DNA from: Octopus vulgaris
Lineage: Eukaryota
Direction of reading: 5' to 3'
NCBI GenBank assembly: GCA_951406725.2
Contig: OX597823.1
Span: forward strand, 76,322,001 to 76,386,000
Length of the DNA: 64,000 bases
The notes below the pieces were generated by a model. It did not search any database. It was not told the DNA's origin and was given only the letters and a program-made list of their open reading frames with translations. Position numbers and translations under genes: made by a program. This document shows positions 38,771 through 51,727 of this stretch, one piece after another (position 1 is the stretch's first letter; every line of letters begins with the position of its first letter).

Positions 38771-40621
38771 TTGTCATTTACTTTTAATCTGCATGTTTGA
38801 TGCAATCACCTGCCGGGGCACACCCAGCGCCCTAGGGCAAGTGAAGGTTAAGAGTTGTTGAAATATAGCTGAAAGCTTGGGGAGGGGAAGTAGAGATATA
38901 TCTCCATGTAATGCAAACACAAACATTTACATTGATAGGGTTTTTCTAAGGATGTGGGCAGTACTTGTTAGTACAATCTTTTGGATTTCCTTGAGACATG
39001 GTTTTCCAGGGATATTGTCTAGGTGTTTCTGACATCCCTTTTTTATCATACCTAGGGCACCTACAATAACAGGAACAGTTTTTGTTTTAAGATTCCACAT
39101 CCTCTGTATTTCGATTTCCAGGTCCTTATATTTACTAAGTTTGTCAAATTCCTTGACAGATACATTTTTATCAGTGGGGACGCTTACTTCTATTAGTCTG
39201 CAGGTATTTTCTTCCCTGTCTTTAACAATTATGTCTGGTCGATTAGCCTTGATCGTTCTGTCAGTGTTGACTGGAAAATCCCAGAGGATGGTGACATCTT
39301 TACCTTCAACAACTGGCTGAGGATCGTGTTCATACCAGTTAGCAGGAGTGTCGGATTTGTAGTGTTTAAATATCTTCCAATGTATATACTGTCCTACCCT
39401 ATCGTGGCGATTTTTGTATTCGTTTGGTGTCAGCACAGGACATCCCGAAACGAGATGGTCTATCGTTTCGTCAAATGTGTCGCAGAATCTGCATTTAGGG
39501 TCAGTGACGTTTCGGAGAACGTTAGCCTGGTAATTTCTGGTAAACAAGCTTTGATCTTGTGCTGCCATTATGAATCCTTCAGTCTCTGCTTTCAATCCAG
39601 AGCTCTTCAGCCACTGATGGGTTGTTGCTTGGTCTACATCAGCATTTTGGCTTCGGAGAATATATTGTCCATGCAGGGGCTTCTGGCTCCACCGCCTCTC
39701 AATTTGATTCTGCGCGTTCTTTTTTGCAGTCTGCTTGATTCGCTTTGCTTGCTTGGTAGCAGTGGTTTCCGGCTCTTCATCTGATTCAAGGTTAATGTCT
39801 AGTTCCCTTTCGAACTTATAAGCTTCCTTGACAATAGAATGCAGCTTTTTGCTGCTTTCGTGTTCGCACACAAGTCGCAGCATCCAGTCCTTTGTACTAG
39901 ATAGGTACCTGTTCATTCCTACAGTAGAGGTCTTATAGCACAGCTCTAATTGCATCATTCCTCTCCCCCCGTTGCTTCTAGGTAGGTACAAGCGGTCTAC
40001 ATCTGCCTTAGGGTGGTGCATGCTCTTGGATGTCAGTAACTTTCTTGTCTTCCTGTCCAAGCGTTGGAGTTCCGTAAGGTTCCAGTTAATGATGTTAAAA
40101 CTGTACTGGACTACTGGAAGTGCCAGGGTGTTAATGGCCTCAATGCAATTTTTGGAGTTGAGTTCAGTCTTCAGTACAAGCCTTATTCTCCTATAGTATT
40201 CCTTCCTTATTTTTTCCTTCATAGTAGCATGATGTATACCATCTCCTTCGTTGATTCCTAGGTATTTGTAACTTTCCTGTGGGTCAAGTTCCTTGATGGT
40301 AGTGTCAATATCTAATTTAACAGAAGCTGTTTGCCTGAGCTTGCCTCTTACAAAAGTTGCTTTAGCACACTTATCAAGGCCAAATATATTGTCCATGCAG
40401 GGGCTTCTGGCTCCACTGCCTCTCAATTTGATTCTGCCCGTTCTTTTTTGCAGTCTGCTTGATTCGCTTTGCTTGCTTGGTAGCAGTGGTTTCCGGCTCT
40501 TCATCTGATTCAAGGTTAATGTCTAGTTCCCTTTCGAACTTATAAGCTTCCTTGACAATAGAATGCAGCTTTTTGCTGCTTTCGTGTTCGCACACAAGTC
40601 GCAGCATCCAGTCCTTTGTAC

Positions 40622-40623
<2 letters not shown>
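38771..40623 (-). mobile_element. 5'-truncated R4/Dong-clade non-LTR retrotransposon
   Basis: RT C-terminus, CCHC knuckle and REL nuclease, ~155-bp 3'UTR, (TAA)n on both flanks as expected for Dong-type targeting. Confidence 0.9.
38927..40385 (-). CDS. RT C-terminus, CCHC zinc knuckle and REL (PD-D/ExK) endonuclease, partial ORF
   Basis: FGLDKCA, YKYLG, CRFCDTFDETIDHLVSGC, RHD and NRPDII..IEVSVP..K..KY in an uninterrupted frame. The first ~43 aa of the track ORF (to 40513) come from an out-of-frame duplication. Confidence 0.9.
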
Positions 40624-40669
<46 letters not shown>

Positions 40670-40670
40670 C

Positions 40671-40723
<53 letters not shown>

Positions 40724-40741
40724 CATCATCATTATTATTAT

Positions 40742-41291
40742 TGAGTGAGAGAGCAATGCATGCTATCAAAGTGACACTGACTGGAGTAGAATATACAAAG
40801 CCAAGTTTATCGATCATGACTACCCGTCTGATAAGGGTACACCAGGTATATGCATCACAACCATATGTGCATGACATAGTGATCTCATATCAAGATAAAC
40901 AGCACATGACCTTGCAGATGGGGTGCAGTTAGAATTTTCTTCAGGTCGAGTAGCCCATCTCACTCAAAAGGTCCCTGAATAAGGAGTGTTTAAGGATGTT
41001 GAACGAAACACCCATCTTTCCAGAGGTGAATTATTCAAACCCCAAAGAATCCCTCTCAACACATGGCTATGATGCTCCCCCACTACTTCTGTTTGTGATC
41101 AGAGATGCACATACCATCAACCACTAAGGGACATGCTCAAATGGTTAAGGTCAAACAACTGACAAGCAAATCTGTGGTATTTAGCAGAATATTTGCTGTA
41201 GCCTATCTTTTATACCAAGACAATACAATATACATGATAACACTTCCAATCAGTTAAGATCAGAAGCCACGGGAGTCACTGCATCAGAGCA

Positions 41292-41292
<1 letters not shown>
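40742..41292. mobile_element. ~550-bp non-coding insert bracketed by (TAT)n
   Basis: Sharp (TAT)n boundaries at 40622-40741 and 41293-41340. No credible ORF. Confidence 0.5.
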
Positions 41293-41340
<48 letters not shown>

Positions 41341-42112
41341 GCAGAATTGCTAACAATATTTGTTCCAGTTCTAAGGTGATGAGCTTATAGTATTGTTACC
41401 ATGTTGGACACTAAGCTTGGTGGCATTTCATCAATCTTTATATTCTGAGTTCAAATTCCCCCAAGGTTAACTTGGCCTTTCATTTTTGGTGGTTGATAAA
41501 ACAAGTGCCAATTGAGCACTGGGATTGATGCAACTAACTTAATCCCTCCCCCAAAATTGCTGGCTTTGTGCCAAAATTTGAAACTAGTATTTGTTTCAGC
41601 TTTGATTTCTTCCCAAGATCAATGTTGCCTTCTATCCTTCCAGTGTACATAAAATAAAATACTAGCCATTTATATTCTTTTCCCATCTAGGCATGAGGCT
41701 CAAAACTTTTGGGAGGGGGGGGCAATCAATTAGATCGACCCCAGTACACAACTGGTACTTAATTTATCGATCCCAACAGGATAAAAGGCAAAGTCGACCT
41801 CAGTGGAATTTTAACTCAGAACATACAGACAGACGAAATACCGTTAAGTATTTTGCCCGGCATGCTAACATTTCTGCCAACTTGCCACCTTAAATATTCT
41901 TTTCTACTCAAGGCACAAGGCCTGAAATTTTGAGGAAAGGGGGCCCAGTTGATTAGATCCACCCCAGTATGCAACTGGTACTTAATTCATTGATCCTGAA
42001 GGAATGTAAAGCAAAGACAACCTCAGTAGAATTTAAACTCAGAATGTAAAGACAGATGAAATACCGCTGAGCATTTTGCCCAGCATGCTAACATTTCTGC
42101 CAGCTTGCTGCC
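41341..42112. mobile_element. Cluster of three SINE family A copies (41341-41590 plus; 41673-41890 and 41895-42112 minus)
   Basis: Core and tail 2 matches. Confidence 0.8.
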
Positions 42113-42544
42113 TTACTAGTCAACTATATTGCATAACATATTGAACAAGAAGCCTCCCAGTATTTGTTCAGGTTCTTGGGAGTCATTATTCTTTGATAAT
42201 AGATTTATTGCCTGGTTTAACAGCAGCACCTGGTCCTTAAATACATTTAGTTGCCCCCACTCTTTTGCAAGTATATGTCTCAGGTCTCTGATTTGAAAAT
42301 CGCTTTCTCTATTTCCTACCAGTTACAGATGGACTGGACACATAAAAGGCCATGGACTCTGCCCTTCTGATTAAATGTTAACAAAAAATAAACACACAAT
42401 TGGGAAAGTTAGAATAACTCAAAACATTTACTATTAAAAGCCAGCTGTTAGATTAAAGAAATGTGCAGATTAATTTGTTGTAAAAGAACTTAAGGAAAAT
42501 AGCTTCATTTAGAAACACCTCCCAAAAATCCCTGTCAAATTTAT

Positions 42545-43360
42545 ATAGGAGTAGTTTGCTTCCAAGTCATGTGGTTCCAGGTTCAGTCCCACAGTGTGAC
42601 ACCTTGGGCAAATGGATTTCATTGAAGGAAATGTATATATGTGCATGTGTGTGTGGGTGTGTGTGCAGGTGTCTTTGAATCTGTATTTATCCCTCATCAT
42701 CCCTTGGCAATCAGTGTTGGTTTGTTTACATTCCCTTAACTTAGCAGTTTGGCAAAAGAAACTGATAGAATAAGTACCAGGCATAAAGAAATTGTACTGG
42801 GAGCAATTCGCTCAATGAAAACCTCTTCAAGATGATGCTGCTACATGGCCACTGTCAAGTAAAAGATGAAAGATTAAATAACATATATAATTGTGTGTAC
42901 ATGTGTGTATATATATTATATATACGTATATATATATATATACTCTTTTTTTTTTACTCTTTTACTTGTTTCAGTCATTTGACTGCAGCCATGCTGGAGC
43001 ACCGCCTTTACTCGAGCAAATCGACCCCGGGACTTATTCTTTGTAAGCCCAGTACTTATTCTATCGGTCCCTTTTGCCGAACCGCTAACTGAAAGGGATG
43101 TAAACACACCAGCATCGGTTGTCAAGCAATGCTAGGGGGACAAACACAGACACACAAACATATACACACACACTTATATATATATATACATATATACGAC
43201 AGGCTTCTTTCAGTTTCTGTCTACCAAATCCACTCACAAGGCATTGGTTGGCCCGGGGCTATAGCAGAAGACACTTGCCCAAGATGCCAAGCTGTGGGAC
43301 TGAACCCGGAACCATGTGGTTGGTTAGCAAGCTACTTACCACACAGCCACTCCTGCGCCT
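42545..43360. mobile_element. Inverted pair of SINE family B copies (42545-42860 plus, old; 42945-43360 minus)
   Basis: Matches family B. Confidence 0.8.
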
Positions 43361-43368
43361 ATATATAT

Positions 43369-43625
43369 ATAAAGAATCATTGATATAGAACAAGCGTTAA
43401 ATTTGGGTCGACTTTATATACAACACCATCTCTCAAACATTTAATCACATATAAAAATCACCATGGTTTCCAAACACATAAAATAATAGATATACATAAA
43501 ATCACATGGCAACAATATAAAATCGAATAAAATACAAAATAGAACGGCCTATCAAAAAGTTAAATATAAACGGCTAAAAATTTGACCTAAATTTAAAGTT
43601 TGTTCTATAACCAATGATTCTTTAT
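43369..43625. mobile_element. MITE-like element with ~35-bp imperfect TIRs
   Basis: ataaagaatcattgatatagaacaa ... ttgttctataaccaatgattctttat. Confidence 0.6.
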
Positions 43626-43720
43626 CTTCGTCTCATTTATATTTGAGCACTTCCTTTGCAGTCCTATAAACCCTTTTGTCTCTGTAAAAAGGGAAAAATA
43701 TTATTTCTTGTAGTATATAT

Positions 43721-43926
43721 ATCATCATCATCATTTAGCGTCCGCTTTTCATGCCAGCATGGGTTGGACGGTTCAACAGGGGTCTGGGAAGCCAGAAGGA
43801 TGCACCAAGCCCAGTCTGATCTGGCAATGTTTCTACAGCTGGATGCCCTTCCTAACGCCAACCACTCCGTGAGTGTAGTGGGTGTTTTTTACGTGCCACT
43901 GGGGGCCAGATACATAGATCTTTATA

Positions 43927-43969
<43 letters not shown>

Positions 43970-44365
43970 GTATATATGCCGGTGGCACATAAAAAGCACA
44001 ATTCGAGCGTGATCGTTACCAGTGTTGCCTTCCTGGCACTTGTGCTGGTAGTGCTTGAAAAAACATTCAAGCTAGGTTGTTGCCAGTGCCACTGGACTGG
44101 CTCCTGTGCAGGTGGCACATAAAAAAACACCATTTGAGGATGGCTGTTGCCAGTACCACCTAACTGGCCCTCGTGCCGGTGGCACGTAAAGCAACCATTA
44201 CTCTTTCGGCATGGTTGGTGTTAAGAAGGGCATTCAGCTGTAGAAACTCTGCCAGATCAGATTGGAGCCTGGTGCAGCCATCTGGTTCGCCAGTCCTCAG
44301 TCAAATCGTCCAACCCATGCTAGCATGAATAGCGAATGTTAAACGATGATGATGACGATGATGAT
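43721..44365. mobile_element. Two inverted RTE-related 3' ends with (GAT)n tails (43721-43900 minus; 43978-44365 plus)
   Basis: Shared aagggcat.cagctgtagaaac...ccaacccatgctagcatg..aaacgatgatgat, plus internal ggtggcacataaaaagcac subrepeats. Confidence 0.75.
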
Positions 44366-44650
44366 ATTATATATATGTTTATATATATTTTTAACATATA
44401 TTTTGTATTCAGTTCCCCAGTGCTTTCACTCTGTTGATGAAGCCCACCTAGATAAGAGCAGTGGATGAACTGCATTGATATTCTTTTATTGTTATTGTTG
44501 TTTGGTCCCATGTCAATCTTGACTGAGTAGATCTATGACCGAAGGTTATCTGACCATGATTGACTTTTTCTTACTTCAGATATTTAGGAGCACTTTATGT
44601 AAGGTATATTTCCATTTTTAAGTTGTTAGGTTAGATTTTGTGCCAATTTC

Positions 44651-45128
44651 TTATTTCTTTATTGCCCACAAGGGGCTAAACATAGAGGGGACAAACAAGG
44701 ATAGACAAAGGGATTAAGTCGATTACATCGATCCCAGTGTGTAACTGGTATTTAATTCGTTGACCCCGAAATTATGAAAGGTAAAGTCGACCTCAGTGGA
44801 ATTTGAATTCAGAACATAGCAGATGAAATACCTATTTCTTTACTACCCACAAGGGGCTACACACAGAGGGGACAAAGAAGGACAGATAAAAGGATTAAGT
44901 CGATGACATCGACCTCAGTCCTAAATTGCTTCATGCTACAACTAAATATGTTTTTACATACAAATTATATTTTCTAATATGTTATAAGATATTAATCTTA
45001 ATTTATCGACCCCAAAAGTATGAAAGGCAAAGTCAACCTCAGTGGAATTTGAACTCCGAACATAATGGCAGATGAAATACCACTAAGCATTTTGCCCGGC
45101 ATGATAACATTTCTACCAGCTCGCTGCC
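44651..45128 (-). mobile_element. Dimeric SINE family A carrying a captured 78-bp local fragment
   Basis: TSD ttttgtg(c/g)caatttc. Insert 44916-44993 matches 48208-48285. Confidence 0.8.
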
Positions 45129-46215
45129 TTTTGTGGCAATTTCTATATCCTTACAAAGTACAGAAGAATCTTCTCTCTCCTTACCTTTTTATTAATTTGC
45201 AGTGCAGTATCCTTTTATTAGTTTGCTAAACTGTGTTCAAATTCCTTGAGTCCAGAGAAGGCAAACATGAATGCCTTCCATTACTTAGTCTCATACCAGC
45301 ACAAGCCTCTGTACATCACACCTCAGTATTAAACAGTGAATTTGATCCATTGACGTTGATGTGGTGAGGTGTGACAAACAATCTTTTTAACATTGACTAT
45401 ATTGCATAGATACAATCATTCACTACACGAGAAATATATATAAGTTATGATTATATGAGATTCCACATAATGATAGCAAAATCCAAGCCAACCAACTCTC
45501 CATTACGCTTTGTATTAATCGAATCTCCATAAATAAAGGAATTATATATTTTCCTTCAATCTTTAAAAGTATAGGAAAAGAAAATATTAGAATGACATCC
45601 ATTTCTTAACATCTGATAATAATAGAAAATAAATTAACAAGGTAGTTCATACCTCGAGAATGAGTGCTGGCTCTTGAAAAGAAAAAAATATCTAAGATAT
45701 AAAATCTTGTTGTCTAGCTTCTGGCTATTTTTCTCAATATTTGGTTTCTAAATCAGTATCTAATCTTATTTGAAACCCTATAAATAATAATTGCAAGGAT
45801 TATGATCCAGTAATGTGGAGTTGGTAAAATAGCCAGCTGAAAGCTATGAAACAGAAATTTATAAAATGAAAATATAATACACCATTGTGAATTTCTTCTA
45901 CAATACATGATGAGGATAATCTAGTATAGTTAGTCAAAAGTATTTATTATATCTTCTACACAAATCAAGTCTTCAAATGCCTATAAAGGTTAAAAATTAA
46001 AATCCCGGATCAAGTGAAACTATGGAGGGTGTGAATGGCAAGAAAAGTAATGATAAATCCAAGAGCGTCTGCTATTAATAAGTTTTGTTGCTGAGAAGAA
46101 TGGTAAAGCATGTATGAGTAGAGGGTGCTTTTGGTTACAACTGAGTGTAGTGTTCAAGCAGAAGTGAAAAAGAAGTGAATTCACACTTCAATAAAAGCAG
46201 AAATTATAATTACTT

Positions 46216-46547
46216 TGTTGTGTCTGGGGAGAGTCATTTTCTTTTTGTGCCTTATAATGTAATACACTCACAGGTAAAATTTCCAATTATTTCTTATTTA
46301 TATTTTCCGAAAATTTTCGTTGTGTCTTGCAACCTTTTCAATAAATAACTCAGTCCGTTATTTACACTGCAGTGTAAATAACGAAAATTTTAGGAAAATA
46401 AAAATAAGAAATAAGTGAAAATTTTACCTGTGAGTGTGTTACATTATAAGGCACAAAAAGAAAATGACTCTCCCCAGACACAACATAATATGCTTCAACA
46501 CACGAACTCATACAAAGAATCTTGCAAACCAAATCCAAAAACGAAAT
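46216..46547. mobile_element. Fold-back element with ~105-bp inverted arms, asymmetric tail and TSD
   Basis: Arms 46216-46321 and about 46380-46485, perfect 28-bp palindrome at 46356-46383, ataattacttt duplicated at both flanks. Confidence 0.75.
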
Positions 46548-46709
46548 ATAATTACTTTTATTTGCCACAAGGGTGTCAATGAAGGAGATGTTAAAAAGAC
46601 AGTTTACAATTTCGTGGGTGACTTACATAAAAGGAAGAGGAAAAGAAGAGGACAGGAAGGAGAGATTAAAAAGTGTACTTGTTATGACTGAACACTACAT
46701 TGGTTACAA

Positions 46710-47200
46710 TGATAAGCGTTCTAGTTGATTCAATCAACAGAACAACCTGCTCATGAAATTAACGTGCAAGTAGTTGAGTACTCCACAGATATTCATACAC
46801 TTAATACAGGATAGAAGAATATTGAGCTTTATTTGATAACCAGTTGATCTAGCAAGCAGGGCCTCATATTAGTGAGGGGGGCTGGTGCGCATTGGTGCTG
46901 TCGAGAGGTAGGCCCCGAAACGGCTCGCATTCTCTCCTGATGACCCCATACACTTGCTGGCTTCTGGTATGCGGAGTTTTTGACTGGTAGCACTTACATG
47001 TTCAATTTGTTCGCAAGACATCTCTGGGGAATTTAGCATAAAACAGAATGTGGCAAGACTGTCCTTTTGAAATACAAGCACAAAATATTTTTGCTTGTTG
47101 AGTAGACTAGGACAATGTGAAATAAAGTGTCTTGCTCAAGGACACAACACATTACTAGAAACTGAACTCACGACCTTATGAACATGAGCCGAATACACTT
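46710..47200 (-). mobile_element. Old SINE family D fragments with a type-2 tail
   Basis: tgtcttgctcaaggacacaac core at 47128-47150; tail homology at 46715-46790. Confidence 0.55.
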
Positions 47201-47229
47201 ATTAATAAGTTATGTTATTTCATTGTACT

Positions 47230-47640
47230 CACTCTTTTACTTTTTTACTTGTTTCAGTCATTTGACTGCAGCCATGCTGGAGCACCACCTTTAGTTGAGT
47301 AAATCGACCCCAGCATTTATTCTTTGTAAGCCTAGTACTTATTCTATTAGTCTCTTTTGCTGAACCACTATGTGACAGGGAGAGGAACACACCAGCATCT
47401 GTTGTCAAGTGATGTTGGTGGGGGGGGGGGAACACAGACACACAAACACACACACATATATATACACATACATATATATGACGGGATTCTTTCAGTTCCT
47501 GTCTGGCAAATCCACTCACAAGACTTTGGTCAGCCCAAGGCTATAGTAGCAGACACTTGCCCAAGGTGCCACACATTGGGACTGAACTCAGAACCATGAG
47601 GTTGGTAAGCAAGTTACTTACCATACAGCCACTCCTATGC
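47230..47640 (-). mobile_element. SINE family B
   Basis: Full-length match. Confidence 0.85.
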
Positions 47641-48744
47641 TTATTCTTAGTATACAAAGTATTTGAACACATGAATGATGAATTCCTCTTGACATAGAAG
47701 TTCCTCAATCTAGGGCTAATTACAAAACTCCTCACTTTCAGGAGCATCCTGTCCATTGCCTATCTACAAACACATGCTTGGAGTAGTTCCATTCACCCAG
47801 ACCATTTTTGCTACAGTCGCCCATCTTTTGATAATTTCATTTGAGTAGAGCTCTTCCCTCCCAGCCGTTACTTTCCTTTCCATGTAGAACTAGAAACGTC
47901 TATGAGGGCTTTCTGTAAAAAAACATTTACAGATTTAAATCAAATACGTTTTGCAATTTAGCAAAAGCCCAAATTTTTATGATTTATTAATTCGTTTATA
48001 AATTCGCTGTGTGGTTCACTCTAAAGTTAGGATCATTTGTTTATTGTTAAAACCTATGTCGAGAGATGACATCACTAAGAAAATATATTTACTTACGGCA
48101 CTCAAAGAGACGCTCCACCAGCTACATTGAATCCGTGCATAAAGGTCAAAATTGTAATCATTCATCAGAGATTGGCAGTCAAATATTATTTCATTAAATT
48201 TAGTTGACAGTCCTAAATTGCTTCATGCTACAACTAAATATGTTTCCACGTACGAATTATATTTTCTAATTTGTTATAAGATATTGTAAGATGTTGTAAT
48301 CTGTTGCAAGATATTGTAAGATATTGGCCAAGGTTAAAAAACAGCCAATTAATTATACTGACAGAAAATGGTTTTCTAAAAGGCAATAAAATGGAATTTG
48401 ATATTTTAAGGGTGGATTTTATATGGTTACTCTGACACTGAAAGATAATTGGATATGGAGTTATTGTTGCTGAAGTAATTTTTCTTTATCCTCCATCGTG
48501 GATCATAATAGACTTTTGTTTTCCTTACTTTGATGGATAAAATACTGTTGTTGTTGTTGTTGTTGTTGGTGGTGGTGGTGTCGTTGTTGTTGTTGCTGCT
48601 GCTGCTGCCACTTTTGTTCAGTTCTTATTGCTTTGTTAATGTTATTATGGTTGTTAATGATGATGTTTTGCATATTGTTGCTATATAACCCTAAGTTAGC
48701 CCTGACTGAGTAGAGTTAGCATCAAATGCATTCTGCCATTCACC

Positions 48745-48853
48745 ATCATATTACTATCATCATCATCATCATTATTATTCTTATCATCATCATCATCATC
48801 ATCATCATTATTATTACTACTACTACTACTATTATTATCTTTATTATTATTAC

Positions 48854-48899
<46 letters not shown>

Positions 48900-49160
48900 T
48901 ATGCACATACATACATGCATATACATGCACACACACATATACATATGCATACACTATCTACATACACATACATACGCACACACATGCACCTGCACATACA
49001 TACATACTTACATACATAAGTGGGTGTACAGCCATACAAACATATATTCCTATATATATTTTTTATTATACATACACTCATGCATGCACACACACACAGA
49101 TTCAGTTATACACCTATACACACATACCTGCATATATGCACATATATACAGTACATAAAA
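48745..49160. repeat. Compound (CAT)n/(TAT)n/(CA/TA)n microsatellite
   Basis: Direct inspection. Confidence 0.9.
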
Positions 49161-49397
49161 GTGTGTATATTCATATGTAGTTTTCATTATTCAGGCAGTG
49201 TTTAGTTGGTGTCTTTCTGTGGATTGTTGAAATGGTAGTTCCGGTGGTTTTAGTATTATTTTTTGTTCAGTTTTAGTTGGTATTTTCGAATTAAGAATTC
49301 TTATTTAGTCTTTCGAAAATGCTTATTTTCTGTCTATAATTTGAAGAAAAGGAATATTTTAAATTTTTCTTTTCCTACATTTTCCGAAGCGTACATA

Positions 49398-49425
49398 TCT
49401 GTACATTTGAAGCACACACACACAT

Positions 49426-49523
<98 letters not shown>

Positions 49524-49756
49524 TTGAAAGAAGGAGTAGAGATATGAGTTTTGAGTCTCAAGTAGCCGTTTTCAAACAGAAAAATGTATGCTTTATTGGT
49601 TACTTAAATAGCAAAAGTTTTTTCTTAGAAGTATACACTTCTAAGAAAAAACTTTTGCTATTTAAGTAACCAATAAAGCATACATTTTTATGTTTGAAAA
49701 CGGCTACTTGAGACTCAAAACTCATATCTCTACTCATTCTTTCAAATATATATATA

Positions 49757-49847
<91 letters not shown>

Positions 49848-49875
49848 ATGTGTGTGTGTGCTTCAAATGTACAGA
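49398..49875. repeat. 478-bp near-perfect palindrome
   Basis: Arms mirror around a 4-nt loop (atac, 49633-36) and include (CA)n/(TG)n plus ~110 bp of unique sequence with two mismatches. Confidence 0.92.
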
Positions 49876-49945
49876 AGACAAGAGACAAAGACAGATGTGA
49901 GAACTGCAAGTAAGTATATTAGTTTGTTCCCTTGAAAAATGGGAA

Positions 49946-49982
49946 GTCTTTGATATTTCAGCCTACACTCTTTGACAGAAAG
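49946..49982 (-). ncRNA. Degenerate minimal hammerhead (subfamily of 61716-61751)
   Basis: Minus strand ctttCTGTCAAagagtgtaggctGAAAtatcaaagac compared with ctttCTGTGGAagagcataggctcGAAAcgttaaagac. Confidence 0.45.
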
Positions 49983-50151
49983 AGATGTAGGTTAAAAAAC
50001 GTTGGGATTTTATATACAAATATATATGTATGCCTAATTGAAATAATTTATATATATGTGTATATAATAATAATAATATTAGGGGATATGATTCCAAATT
50101 TACAGGGAAAAATTCAATTTAGTAATACTAAATCAAATTTCACAATATATA

Positions 50152-50323
50152 ATATATGTATATAAATTAGAGAAGAACCACCATGTAGCAAGTCAACAAT
50201 GTATTTTATTTAGTTCTAGGGAAATGTTTTATCATATATTTAATTTTTTCTATATGGTATGATTTAATTATATCATTGTTAAATTGCTACATGGTGGTTC
50301 TTCTCTAATTTATATGCATATAT
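50152..50323. mobile_element. Small inverted-repeat element in a TA tract
   Basis: tataaattagagaagaaccaccatgtagcaa ... ttgctacatggtggttcttctctaatttata. Confidence 0.7.
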
Positions 50324-50497
50324 ATGTATATATATATAGGTATGTGAGGTAATGTGGTGTCAAGAAGATCCAAATGTGTCAGGTAATGCTGAGTAAGTTC
50401 TATGGACAGACTATAGTTAAGCTCCAGGTTTGGTGATTATGTGAATGAGGAGTCCAACATAGGTCATGTATATATACATAATTAGTGACGTAAGCAA

Positions 50498-51160
50498 TCA
50501 TCATCATCATCATCGTTTAACGTCCGTTTTCCATGCTGGCATGGATTGGACAGTTTGCCTGAAGTTTGGAAAGTCAGTGCCTGGACCAGACTCCAATGTT
50601 TCTATAGCTGGGTGCTTTTCCTAATGACAACCACTCCAAGTGTGTAGTTGATGCATTTTACGTCCCACCAGCACAGGAGGCAGTCAGGCTGGCCTGGCAA
50701 TGATCACGTTCAGGTGGTGCCTTTTTACGTGCCACCAGCACAGGAGCCAGTCAGAGGGTACTGGCATCGGTCACAATCGGTTGGTGCTTATTATGTGCCT
50801 CCAGCATGGGAGCCAGTCATGCGGACCTGGCAGCAATCATGTTCAGATGATGCTTTTTACATGCTACCAGCATGGGAGCCAACCAAGGGCACCAGCCACA
50901 GCTATGATATTGGTTTTACTAGACTCAACAGGTCTTCTCAATCTTATCATATCGCCCAACACATCAGGGTATTCTTAACAGAGTTACACATGCATGGCTG
51001 TGATCTCACTTTAGTTGCCGGTCTTCTCAATCACAGCATATCTACAAAGGTCCTGGTCTCCTGTCATTGCCTCTGTGAGGCCCAATGTTCGAAGGTCATG
51101 CTTCACCACCTCATCCCATGTCTTCCTGGGTCTACATCTTCCACAGGTTCCTCCTACAGT
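50498..51160 (-). mobile_element. RTE-clade LINE 3' end
   Basis: Minus-strand GRCRPRKTWDEVVKHDLRTLGLTEAMT, a 3'UTR with ~57-bp subrepeats, and a (GAT)n tail shared with the 43721 and 61184 copies. Confidence 0.8.
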
Positions 51161-51460
51161 TAGTATAATCAAGACACATAAAAATCTGGTATGTTGATTT
51201 TTTTGTTCATTTTTATGTCTTGATTATGCTTGCACTGGCGATGAAAAAGTGCATTTTGTGCACTAATTATGAAATCATATAATCTGCAACTAAATCTGTA
51301 TTTAAAAAGCTTGCTTCGAGAGTTGCATTCCCTCGCATTCAGTACAATGTGTTTATTATGGTAGTTTTGACTTTAAGAGTCCCTCCTAGCATGAGGCATT
51401 TATGTATAGTAATGCCCTTAGTAGAAATATATATGCGTATGTGTGTGTGTATGTGTGTGC

Positions 51461-51509
<49 letters not shown>

Positions 51510-51512
<3 letters not shown>

Positions 51513-51727
51513 AATGTGACCGCATGTGTACTGTTGGCGATTTTTTTCCCTCCGTCTTCCCTTCTTTGGATCTTTCCTTTTCCTATGTTTCTGACGAAGA
51601 GCTCCACTCGAAATGTTAAACCCTCCTTCGTTTTTTCCTTTCCTGAGTGTCCGATAACGTTATACATGTTCCATGTCCTCGCGCTGTTGTGTTTTCTCTT
51701 TGTGTTTTCATGTTTGGATTAACTATA
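51510..51727 (+). mobile_element. Hammerhead mini-element family E, copy 1
   Basis: gttt-CTGACGA-a-gagc tcc actc-GAAAtgtt-aaac at 51587-51621, directly after (TA)n. Confidence 0.75.

Noticed and set aside
40386-40513. N-terminus (MNQMKSRK...) of the 528-aa ORF
   Set aside because: Out-of-frame translation of the duplicated 241-bp segment, not the real LINE start.
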